Source: Acidobacteriota bacterium
GTDB lineage: Bacteria; Acidobacteriota; Vicinamibacteria; Vicinamibacterales; UBA2999
DNA: 55,401 nucleotides
NCBI GenBank assembly: GCA_016213695.1
Contig: JACQZV010000038.1
Location: 1 to 55,401 of the forward strand
Reading direction: 5' to 3'
Below, in pieces: positions 1 through 8,441 of this stretch (the first letter of the stretch is position 1; every line of letters starts with the position of its first letter). Below the pieces are notes generated by a model. It ran no database searches. It was not told the DNA's origin and saw only the letters and a program-made list of their open reading frames with translations. A program made the translations under genes and the position numbers.

Positions 1-90
1 GCCCGCCACGCTCGACTGGGCGCCGGCCGCGGCAGCGACGGCGAGCGTCACGCCCGCCGTCGCCACCGCTGCGAGGAATCTGCCGCGCAT
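1..90 (-). CDS. 5' end of a secreted protein (runs off the window)
   Basis: ATG at 90 with GGAGG RBS; translates MRGRFLAAVATAGVTLAVAAAAGAQ..., a typical signal peptide; directly downstream of the TonB receptor. Confidence 0.7.
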   Translation of the reverse strand, partial: MRGRFLAAVATAGVTLAVAAAAGAQSSVAG

Positions 91-104
91 GGTCGCCTCC
101 CGCG

Positions 105-3002
105 CTAGAACGTCGTCCTGAACCCGAACTGCATCGTCCGCGGCTGGAACGCGATGTTGCTGTCGAAGCTCGGTGCGCGGAAGTTGCGCGCCGCCTCGGT
201 GGTGACAAACGAATTGTAGTTCTCGTGGTTGAACAGGTTGAAGACCTCGAGGGTGCCCTCGATCGAGACCCGGCCCCCGAGCGGGAATCGCTTCAGCAGC
301 CGCACGTCCACGCGGTGAATGTCCGATCGGTTGAAGCTGTTGCGCTCGATGAGCGTCCCGTTCGCGCGCAGCCGGCCGGGAGTCGGAGAAGTCGGCGTGA
401 CCGGGCCGCCCATCCCGCCGATGCCCAGCACGTCAACGCCGGAGACCGGCGTGGTCTTGCCATTGTCGCCGAAGAAGTAGAGGCCGCTTGCCTGGAAGCC
501 GTACGGCAGCTGCCAGATCCCATTGAAGGTCAGCCTGTGCATCTGGTCGCCGGCGCGGAAGCGCTCGTACTGCAATACGGGGTGCAGCGTGATCGGGGCA
601 TCGCACGCAAAGACGCCCGGTGACGGGTTGGTGAGCGCGTACTGGCACCCGGCGGCGGTCCGCACGGGCGGGTACTGATAGTCCCAGGCGGTAAACATCG
701 AGTAGCCGAGCGAGGCCTGCCAGTTGCTGGACATGCGCTTGGTGAGATCGATCTGCAGGCCGAGGTCCTCGCCCCCCTTGGGCACATGCTGGTTCATGTT
801 CACGTTGCCCCAGCCGCGATTGGGACGGCGCGTCTGGTCGTTGAACGGATAGTTGGCGCCGGTGGCGGGGTTGTAGGCCACGTTGATGTCCATCTGCGTC
901 AGCACCGAGCGCTCGTCGCTGTACACGAGGTCGGCCGAGAGCGACATATTGGTGCCGAACTGGCGCTGCACGCCGACCGACGCCTGGTGGGCGAACGGGA
1001 TCACCGGATGGTCCGAAGGGAGCGTCAGGAAGAGCGACCGCAGCGCGCCGCTCCGCACCACCTGCTCGTAGGTCGGAATCGGGCCGTTGAACGGGTTGCT
1101 CGCGAAGTCGGGCCGCCCGTCGTTGTTGACCTGCACGTTGATGATCTGCGTCTCGGTGTAATAGGCGTGCGCCGCGCCGGTGCCGCCGCCGTAGAAGAGT
1201 CCCCAGCCGCCGCGCATCACCGTGCGGTCGTCGAGGCTGTACGCGAAGCCGAGGCGCGGCTGGACGTTGTTCTTGTCGAGCGGCCGGTTCGGCTGGAGCC
1301 AGGGGTCGAAGCCGCGCTCCTCACCATAGGTGCCCTTGATGATGTCGTAGCGCACGCCGAGGTTGAACGTCAGCTTGCCGATCGTCCAGTCGTCCTGCGC
1401 CCAGCCGGCCACGCTCGTAATCGGATTGTTCGACTCGAAGTTGCCGACCGCGAGCTGGTAGAACCGGGCAATCGGGCTGAGCGCGTTGAGGTTCCACGTC
1501 GAGATGTCGTTCCACACCGGGAACAACTGCTCGATGTTGGCCGGTATCGGCCCGCCCTGGACGTCCAGGAAGCCGTTGGAGTTGATGCCCAGGAAGATCG
1601 GCTGGCTGCTGTAGACGTACTCGGCGCCCAGGTTCAGATCGTGGCGGCCACCCCGGTTGAACCCGTAGGTGAAGTCGTTCCGGAGGCTGGGGCCCTTCTC
1701 GGTCAGGATCTGCGGCGAGCGATTGTGCTGCTGGCCGACTCGATATCCGCGAAACTGGATGGTCGGCGACCCGTTGGTCTTCCCGTACGGGGCCAGCGGG
1801 TGATTCGGCCAGTTCACGATCGGCTGGGTCGTCCAGTGGTACCGGTTCCAGTTCACCGCCAGTTCGTTCACGGCGCGGTCGCCGATGACGTGCGTCAATC
1901 GGTTCGCGACGCTCTCGCTCTCTTTCGGCACCGAGGTCGCCGACGACGGATGCAGGTTGCCGCCAGACCAGCGGGCGTCGAGCGGATCGAAGGACCGCTG
2001 CACGTTGGTGCGCACCGTCAGGCGCGTCCGCGGCGAGAACTGGTAATCGAGGCGGACGCCGCCCTTCTTCTCGGTCCGCGTGCCCGGCTGGTCGACGTTG
2101 AAGCTCGGGAAGGGACTCGAGTACGTGCGGACGTACGGCTCGCGCTCGTATTCGAAGTTGGCGAAGTAGTGGAACCGGTCCCGCACAATCGGACCGCCAT
2201 AGGTCGTGCTGAACTGCTGGTTGGAATACGGCAGCACCCGCTTCTGGATGGGGTCGGCCGCGTTGAACGCGTCGTCGCGAAAGTACCCCGACACGCTGCC
2301 GGCCGCCGAGTTCGTGCCGCTCTTCGTGATGGCGTTCACCTGCATGCCGGTCGAACGCCCCTGGCGGGCGTCGAACCGGTTGGTGATGACCTCGAACTCC
2401 GCGATGGTGTCCTTGCTGAACCGCGGCTGGCCGAAGGTCGTGGCAATGAGCTGCGTCACCTGCTGGCCGTCGACGTTCAGCTGGAAGCTCGCGCCCGGTA
2501 TTTCGGCGACGAAGTTCTGGCGGCTGCCCGGGGACAGCAGCGTGAGGTCGACCCAGTTGCGGCCGTTGAGCGGCAGATTCTCGACCTGCTGCGCGCTGAT
2601 CGTGCTCCCGAGCGTGGACTGGGTGACGTTGATGAGGGGCGCCTCGCCGGTCACCGTCACCGATTCCTGGAGGGCGGCTGGTGACATCTGCAGGTTGACG
2701 ACCGCCTGCTGCCCGACCTGCAGCTGCAGCCCGGTGCGTTCGAGGGAGGCAAAACCCGCGAGCTCGAGTCGAATCCGGTACGTCCCGATGCGCACCGACA
2801 GGCGGTAGCCCCCGGCATTGTCGCTGACGGCCTCGAAGCTGTTGCCGCTGGCTTCATGTATCGCGGTCACGACGACACCGGGCAGGACGCCGCCGGTCGT
2901 GTCGGTGACCGTGCCGCTGAGGACCGCCTCCTGCGCGGCCGCCAGTGCAGGGAGCAGGAGTACGGCCAGAAGTAGCGCAAGCCGCTGGAGCGAATTCGTC
3001 AT
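105..3002 (-). CDS. TonB-dependent receptor, Oar-like, with N-terminal carboxypeptidase-regulatory-like domain
   Basis: Signal peptide from MTNSLQR; GTVTDTTGGVLPGV N-domain; LPLNGRN plug motif; QDDW...NLGVRYD; PRLGFAY; C-terminal aromatic (FRTTF). Confidence 0.93.
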   Translation of the reverse strand: MTNSLQRLALLLAVLLLPALAAAQEAVLSGTVTDTTGGVLPGVVVTAIHEASGNSFEAVSDNAGGYRLSVRIGTYRIRLELAGFASLERTGLQLQVGQQAVVNLQMSPAALQESVTVTGEAPLINVTQSTLGSTISAQQVENLPLNGRNWVDLTLLSPGSRQNFVAEIPGASFQLNVDGQQVTQLIATTFGQPRFSKDTIAEFEVITNRFDARQGRSTGMQVNAITKSGTNSAAGSVSGYFRDDAFNAADPIQKRVLPYSNQQFSTTYGGPIVRDRFHYFANFEYEREPYVRTYSSPFPSFNVDQPGTRTEKKGGVRLDYQFSPRTRLTVRTNVQRSFDPLDARWSGGNLHPSSATSVPKESESVANRLTHVIGDRAVNELAVNWNRYHWTTQPIVNWPNHPLAPYGKTNGSPTIQFRGYRVGQQHNRSPQILTEKGPSLRNDFTYGFNRGGRHDLNLGAEYVYSSQPIFLGINSNGFLDVQGGPIPANIEQLFPVWNDISTWNLNALSPIARFYQLAVGNFESNNPITSVAGWAQDDWTIGKLTFNLGVRYDIIKGTYGEERGFDPWLQPNRPLDKNNVQPRLGFAYSLDDRTVMRGGWGLFYGGGTGAAHAYYTETQIINVQVNNDGRPDFASNPFNGPIPTYEQVVRSGALRSLFLTLPSDHPVIPFAHQASVGVQRQFGTNMSLSADLVYSDERSVLTQMDINVAYNPATGANYPFNDQTRRPNRGWGNVNMNQHVPKGGEDLGLQIDLTKRMSSNWQASLGYSMFTAWDYQYPPVRTAAGCQYALTNPSPGVFACDAPITLHPVLQYERFRAGDQMHRLTFNGIWQLPYGFQASGLYFFGDNGKTTPVSGVDVLGIGGMGGPVTPTSPTPGRLRANGTLIERNSFNRSDIHRVDVRLLKRFPLGGRVSIEGTLEVFNLFNHENYNSFVTTEAARNFRAPSFDSNIAFQPRTMQFGFRTTF

Positions 3003-3072
3003 CGGTATCCTCCGGAGTTGTGACGGGCGGACGGACCGCACGGGTCTGCCCGCATGGAAATCTGTGGGACTG

Positions 3073-3921
3073 TCATCGACTCGACGAGGCCGCGGTCTTC
3101 CTGACGCTCGCGGGCACCGGCATCACGACGTAGACGTTGCCGGTCTCGGTATCGACCGTCGTCAGATCGCGCACGGCCGCCCCGTTGCGTGTTTCGACCA
3201 GCGTCCCCGCATAGAACGCTTCCACCTTGTTGAGCGGGTTGTTCCAGTCCTGATAGTTGCCGTAGGTGAACTGCGTGGCGATGTTCCCTTCGCGGACGGC
3301 GACGCGCTCCGCCATGTATTTCGCGTTCAGCGTGGCGGTGGCGATGGCGCCCGGAACGCCCGGGATCGGGTAGGTGACGACCGGCGTGCCCGTGTCGTTC
3401 GCCACCGTCGTCTTGTCGCCGCCGGCGGCGGCCGCCTTGGGTGCGCCCTGCGGCCCCGCCCAGAGCCGAATCAACCGTTCGTGGAGCGCGCCCGGCCGTG
3501 GAGTCGCCTTGCCGCGTCCGGCGACGAGTTCGGCACCCACCACGTCCTCATCCCACGCGTACTGGCCGCTGACGACCTCGATGGCCTTGTACTCCTGGCC
3601 GTTCGGGCGCGCGCAGGCGTACTGGATCCGCTGCCCGGGCACCTGGTAGTTCGTGCTGACGCGGTAGGCCGTCAGCCTGCACGGCTGGCCGTCCACCTGG
3701 ATGGTGCCCGTCGCCTTGTGCTCCAGGGTGGCAACCGCCTCGACCTCCTGCGGCCCGCGCAGCATGCCCATGTGCCAGAACCAGTTGAAGAGCACCGCCT
3801 TGACGTCTTTCGCCCCTGGCGCGGGCGTATAACGGGCCGGGGGCGCCGGCTGCTGCGCGAGCACGGACGCGGCGGCCAGCGCCACGGCGGCCGTGAGAAG
3901 ACCGACTCTGTTGGTTCGCAT
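3073..3921 (-). CDS. Secreted hypothetical protein, possible LolA-like beta domain
   Basis: Signal peptide (AASVLA-QQ); co-oriented in the TonB operon; YGNYQDW segment resembles parts of the 46308 and 53397 proteins. Confidence 0.75.
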   Translation of the reverse strand: MRTNRVGLLTAAVALAAASVLAQQPAPPARYTPAPGAKDVKAVLFNWFWHMGMLRGPQEVEAVATLEHKATGTIQVDGQPCRLTAYRVSTNYQVPGQRIQYACARPNGQEYKAIEVVSGQYAWDEDVVGAELVAGRGKATPRPGALHERLIRLWAGPQGAPKAAAAGGDKTTVANDTGTPVVTYPIPGVPGAIATATLNAKYMAERVAVREGNIATQFTYGNYQDWNNPLNKVEAFYAGTLVETRNGAAVRDLTTVDTETGNVYVVMPVPASVRKTAASSSR

Positions 3922-3934
3922 CGGGGGTCCCGTC

Positions 3935-4822
3935 CTAGTGGCGAATCTGCGTCACCATGTTCGCGCGGTCGTAATCGCGGCACGGCTGCCCCTCGGGCAG
4001 GAAGGCGTTCGGGTTGGTATTGAGCCGCAGCTGGCGCGGCGCCAGGACCCACGGCTCGAGCAGGACTTCGGGGTCCTCGACCGTCACCTCATACGTAAGC
4101 GTGTTGCCGTCCCGCCGGAGGCGCTCGACGACGCGCATCCTGTCGGAATGGAAATACCCGCCGCGGTCGAGCCACGTCAGGTCGTTGAAGGCGATCGAGT
4201 CGATGACGAGCGTATCGCCCTCCCAGTGTCCGACCGAATGCCCGTAGAAGTACACGTCGAGCGACCGGACCGGGTCGTGCTTGCGGCCGTCAGTCGGGAT
4301 CGCGCGGTAGTCGGCCGGTTGCGAGCTCGCGCCCGTCCCCGTATAGAAGAAGACGATGTCGGCGGCGGTCTGGAGGATCCGCACCGGCGGCCCGACGCGC
4401 GGAATCCCGAGTGGCTGGCAGACAAACAGCGGATCCTCGGTGTTGGTGTTCATGTCGAGGTACTGCACCTTGTCCCAGTGCTCCGGCCGGTAGATCGGGT
4501 GGTTCGGGTTGTTGCGGCCGGTGAACTCGCCGTCGAATGACTGATTGGTGTAGCCGTCGCAGTTCACCTGGGTCGGCCCGCATCGGCGCGAGGGAAAGAT
4601 CTCCTCGACGTTGCCCTTGTCGTCGACGTCGACCGGCCGGCCGGCGCCGCCGCCTCCGCCCCACATGCCGCTCAGATCCGGCTTGCCGTCGGGCATGCGC
4701 GGTGTGGCCACGGCCGCGCCGGGGCCTGCGGCGCGTGTTTGCGCGGCCGCGGCGATGGTGGATGCGGCCGCTGCGAGTGCCAGCGCGGGGGCGATGTGCA
4801 GAAATCGGCGCCTCATCGTCAT
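3935..4822 (-). CDS. Exported DUF6152-partner family protein, copy 1
   Basis: Start MTMRRRFL (possible Tat signal); PDLSGMW, CQPLGIPR, GHWEGDTLVIDS, FHSD, TVEDP...PW, terminal Cys. Confidence 0.8.
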   Translation of the reverse strand: MTMRRRFLHIAPALALAAAASTIAAAAQTRAAGPGAAVATPRMPDGKPDLSGMWGGGGGAGRPVDVDDKGNVEEIFPSRRCGPTQVNCDGYTNQSFDGEFTGRNNPNHPIYRPEHWDKVQYLDMNTNTEDPLFVCQPLGIPRVGPPVRILQTAADIVFFYTGTGASSQPADYRAIPTDGRKHDPVRSLDVYFYGHSVGHWEGDTLVIDSIAFNDLTWLDRGGYFHSDRMRVVERLRRDGNTLTYEVTVEDPEVLLEPWVLAPRQLRLNTNPNAFLPEGQPCRDYDRANMVTQIRH

Positions 4823-4827
4823 CCCTC

Positions 4828-5235
4828 TCAGTTGCCGCTCGGATCGCCGAACCAGAAGACCATTTCCTTCCCGTCGGGGAAGATGAGCGTCCGCAGGAAC
4901 CCCATCGGGTTGCCGTTGCGCGCCGCGTAGCCCTTCACCGTGTACGTGGCGCCGGCTTCGAGCGCGCCCGGTCCGGACCTGGCCAGCCCGCGGCTGCGCA
5001 GGGTGCCGGCGTTGGTCGTCTGGAACACCCACTCGGTCTTCGTGCCGTCGGTGTTGGCGACCTCGAGATGGAGCATGGAATGCGGGTTGATGAACTCCAT
5101 CTTCTTGAGGGCGCCGGTGATCTCAATCGGCTTCTGCATGTCGTACTGGGCCGCCACGGCATGGTGCGCCAGCGCCGGCACCGCTGCCAGCACGAGTCCG
5201 AGCCCCGCCACGATGCCCAACCAGCTGTACTTCAT
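4828..5235 (-). CDS. DUF6152-like periplasmic protein, copy 1
   Basis: GGAGG RBS before MKYSWL; signal peptide ending ALA then HHAVAAQYD; FINPHS motif. Confidence 0.82.
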   Translation of the reverse strand: MKYSWLGIVAGLGLVLAAVPALAHHAVAAQYDMQKPIEITGALKKMEFINPHSMLHLEVANTDGTKTEWVFQTTNAGTLRSRGLARSGPGALEAGATYTVKGYAARNGNPMGFLRTLIFPDGKEMVFWFGDPSGN

Positions 5236-5252
5236 TGCACGTCCTCCGATGA

Positions 5253-5291
5253 ACAAGTCACAAGTCACAAGGCACAAGTCACAAGGCACAA
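5253..5291. repeat. Tandem heptamer repeat ACAAG(T/G)C x5.5
   Basis: acaagtc acaagtc acaaggc acaagtc acaaggc acaa read directly. Confidence 0.9.
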
Positions 5292-5396
5292 CTGCGAGCC
5301 CGACGCGCCGGAGTCTACTCTGATGCCGGAGGAGCGTCAATAAACCGGCGGCCTTCCACCTTTGATCCGAACGCGCCATAATCCGTCCGGTTCCCC

Positions 5397-8300
5397 ATGG
5401 GCAACCTGAAAGACCGCGGGTCCTCGGCTCTGCCTCCCGATTCCGAGGTCACGAGACTGCCGGAGCGCCCGGGCGCGCCCGGTGCGGACGACGAGTCCAC
5501 TACCTCTACCGCCAGTACCGCGACGGGCCGGACCGACGCGCCAGGCTCCGCGACCTCCGATCTCGACGACGCCACCTTCGTACTGTCCGAGTCGCGCACG
5601 CGTCAGCAGGGCCCGGGGCCGCTGACGGCGGGGCAGATGTTCGGGCCGCGCTACCGGATCATCCGCCTGTTGGGGATGGGCGGCATGGGCGCGGTCTACC
5701 AGGCGTGGGACGGCGAGCTCGATGTCGTCGTCGCGCTCAAGGTGATTCGGCCGGAGGCGACAGCCGATCGCGACAGCACCCGCGCGGTCGAGCGGCGCTT
5801 CAAGCAGGAGCTGCTGCTGGCGCGGCAGGTCACGCACAAGAACGTCGTCCGCATTCACGATCTCGGCGAGATCGACGGCATCAAGTACATCACGATGTCG
5901 TACATCGATGGCGCCGACCTCGCCACGACCCTGCGGCTCGAGGGCAAGCTGGAGGTACCGGCGGCGTTGCGGATCATGCGCCAGGTCGCGTCGGGTCTGG
6001 CCGCCGCGCACGACGCGGGCGTCGTGCACCGCGATCTCAAGCCGGCCAACATCATGATCGAGGGCGACAACGCCGTGATCATGGATTTCGGGATCGCGCG
6101 CTCCGCCTCAGGGGCGCCGCCGGCGGCGACCACGGTGATCCTGCCGCCCGGCATCCGGCGGGCGGGGCCGCAGACGTCGGAGGCGACGATGGCGGGGACC
6201 ATCGTCGGCACCGTGGCCTACATGGCCCCCGAGCAGGCGCGCGGCGAGGCGGTCGATCATCGCGCCGACCTCTACGCACTCGGCCTCATCGCCTCCGACA
6301 TGCTGCTGGGTCCCGGCGTGCGGCCGCAGGCGAGCCTCGCCGAACTGCGGAGCCCGAAGCGCGACCCGCCGCCGCCGCTGCGCGCGTTCGACCCGGCGAT
6401 TCCCGAAGCGCTCGAACGTGTCGTGCGGCGCTGCGTCGAGCCCGACGCGTCGGCACGGTTTCAGACGACGGCGGCGCTCGTTGCCGAGCTCGATCGCCTC
6501 GACGACCAGGGGGAGCTGTTGCCGATTGTGCGGCGGCTGACGCCGCGTCTGGTGGCGGCGACCGCGCTCGTGGTGATCGCGCTGACGGCCGCCACGTTCT
6601 ATGTCACGCGCCGGGCGGTGGAGCCGGTCGCGCAGCCGGACCCGGTGTCGGTCGTGATTGCGGACTTCGAGAACCGCACGAACGACCCGGCATTCGACCG
6701 TACGCTCGAGCCGATGCTGAAGCTTGCGCTGGAGGGCGCCGGGTTCATCAGCGCGTTCGATCGGACCGGCGTCCGCGCGCTTGGCGGGACGGCGCCGGAA
6801 CAGTTGAACGAGCGCGCGGCGCAGGAGATTGCCGTCCGGCAGGGCTTCGGCGTCGTCGTGTCCGGCTCCCTGGTCCGCGACGGCACCGGGTTCAGCGTGG
6901 CGGTCAAGGCCATACAGGCGGTGACCGGTGATGTCATCACGACGACCGAGGATCGCGTGCGGACCAGGGACGAGGTGCTGCCCGCGGTCACGGAGATGGC
7001 CGCCTCCATTCGGACCGCGCTCGGGGACGACACGTCGGAGTCGGCGCAGCTGTTCGCGATGGACACGCTGTCGGCGACGTCGCTCGAAGTGGTCCGGCAG
7101 TACGCGGCCGCGACCGAAGCGTGGTCCAACGGCAAGTACGACGAGGCGTTCGAGGGGTTTTCGCGGGCCGTGCAGATGGACCCGAACTTCGGCATGGGCT
7201 ACCAGGGTCTGGCCCAGGTGTCGCGGAATCTGGACAAGCCGCAGGATGCCGAGAAGTACATCAAAGAGGCGCTGCGGCACGTCGACGGCATGACGGAGCG
7301 CGAACGGTTCCGCGCGCGCGGCTTCTTCTACCGGGTGACCGGCGACTACCCGGCCTGCGTCAAGGAGTACGGCGACCTGATCGCCCGCTACGCGGCCGAC
7401 GTGGCGGCCCATAACCAGCTCGCCTTGTGCTCGACGTTCCTGCGGAACATGCCGAAGGCCGTGGACGAGATGCGGGCGGTCGTCAAGATTGTGCCGCAGA
7501 GCGTGATCCTGCGCGGCAACCTGGCGCTGTACGAGTCGTACTCGGGCAATTTCGAGGCCGGGGAACGCGAGGCGCGGGCCGTCCGGGAGCCGCGCGTCTT
7601 CCCGGTGCTGGCGCTCGCGTTCGGACAACTGGGCCAGGGGAAAGTTCGTGAGGCGCGCGACACGTACCAGCGGCTCGCGGGGCTCGGCGCGCAGGGCACC
7701 TCGTACGCGTCCAGCGGTCTCGCCGACCTGGCCGTCTACGAGGGTCGATTCTCCGAGGCGGCGCGGATGCTCGAGCAGGGCGCGGCCGCCGATCTGGCCG
7801 ACAAGAACCCCGACCGGGCCGCCGTCAAGTTTGCCGCGGCGGCTTACGCCTACCTCTCCCGGGGCGAGACACGTGCCGCCCAGGCGGCCGCCGAGCAGGC
7901 CCTCACGCATGGGCGGACCGTGAACGTGCAGTTTCTGGCCGCGCGGTCGCTCGTGGAAGCCGATCGGATCGAGCGAGGGCGAGCGGTGGGGGCGGGCCTG
8001 GCCTCGCAGCTGCCGGCCGCGGCTCAGGCCCACGCGAAGATCATCGAGGGACTGATCGCCCTGAAGAGCGGTGCGCTGCCGCAGGCCATCAAGGCGCTGA
8101 CCGATGGCAACGCCCTGCTCGACACGTGGGTTGGACACTTCGAGCTCGGGCGGGCCTATCTGGCAGCGGGGCAGTTCATCCAGGCCGATTCTGAGTTCGA
8201 CCGGTGCCTCAAGCGGCGCGGCGAGGCGCTGTCGCTCTTCCTGGACGAGCAGCCGACCTACGGCTATCTGCCGGCGGTGTACTACTACCAGGGCCGCGTG

Positions 8301-8417
8301 CGGGAGGGGCTCAACAGCGCGGGGTTTGCCGAGTCGTACCGGATGTATCTGGCCATGCGCGGCCAGTCGAAGGAAGACCCGCTCGCCGCCGACATCCGGC
8401 GGCGCACGGGCCCGTAA
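5397..8417 (+). CDS. Membrane-spanning Hanks-type Ser/Thr kinase with extracytoplasmic TPR region
   Basis: GMGGMG, VALK, HRDLKPAN, DFG, YMAPE motifs; single TM (LVAATALVVIALTAATFYV); VVIADFEN domain followed by TPR-like helices. Confidence 0.93.
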   Translation: MGNLKDRGSSALPPDSEVTRLPERPGAPGADDESTTSTASTATGRTDAPGSATSDLDDATFVLSESRTRQQGPGPLTAGQMFGPRYRIIRLLGMGGMGAVYQAWDGELDVVVALKVIRPEATADRDSTRAVERRFKQELLLARQVTHKNVVRIHDLGEIDGIKYITMSYIDGADLATTLRLEGKLEVPAALRIMRQVASGLAAAHDAGVVHRDLKPANIMIEGDNAVIMDFGIARSASGAPPAATTVILPPGIRRAGPQTSEATMAGTIVGTVAYMAPEQARGEAVDHRADLYALGLIASDMLLGPGVRPQASLAELRSPKRDPPPPLRAFDPAIPEALERVVRRCVEPDASARFQTTAALVAELDRLDDQGELLPIVRRLTPRLVAATALVVIALTAATFYVTRRAVEPVAQPDPVSVVIADFENRTNDPAFDRTLEPMLKLALEGAGFISAFDRTGVRALGGTAPEQLNERAAQEIAVRQGFGVVVSGSLVRDGTGFSVAVKAIQAVTGDVITTTEDRVRTRDEVLPAVTEMAASIRTALGDDTSESAQLFAMDTLSATSLEVVRQYAAATEAWSNGKYDEAFEGFSRAVQMDPNFGMGYQGLAQVSRNLDKPQDAEKYIKEALRHVDGMTERERFRARGFFYRVTGDYPACVKEYGDLIARYAADVAAHNQLALCSTFLRNMPKAVDEMRAVVKIVPQSVILRGNLALYESYSGNFEAGEREARAVREPRVFPVLALAFGQLGQGKVREARDTYQRLAGLGAQGTSYASSGLADLAVYEGRFSEAARMLEQGAAADLADKNPDRAAVKFAAAAYAYLSRGETRAAQAAAEQALTHGRTVNVQFLAARSLVEADRIERGRAVGAGLASQLPAAAQAHAKIIEGLIALKSGALPQAIKALTDGNALLDTWVGHFELGRAYLAAGQFIQADSEFDRCLKRRGEALSLFLDEQPTYGYLPAVYYYQGRVREGLNSAGFAESYRMYLAMRGQSKEDPLAADIRRRTGP

Positions 8418-8441
8418 CAGCGCCGGCGCTCCCCGCCGGGA

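Noticed and set aside
786-2684. Long antisense or alternate-frame ORFs (e.g. 786-2684 +, 6108-8138 -, 11193-13154 +, 40305-42782 -)
   Set aside because: Shadows of real genes in high-GC DNA; Arg/Ala/Gly-rich with no motifs
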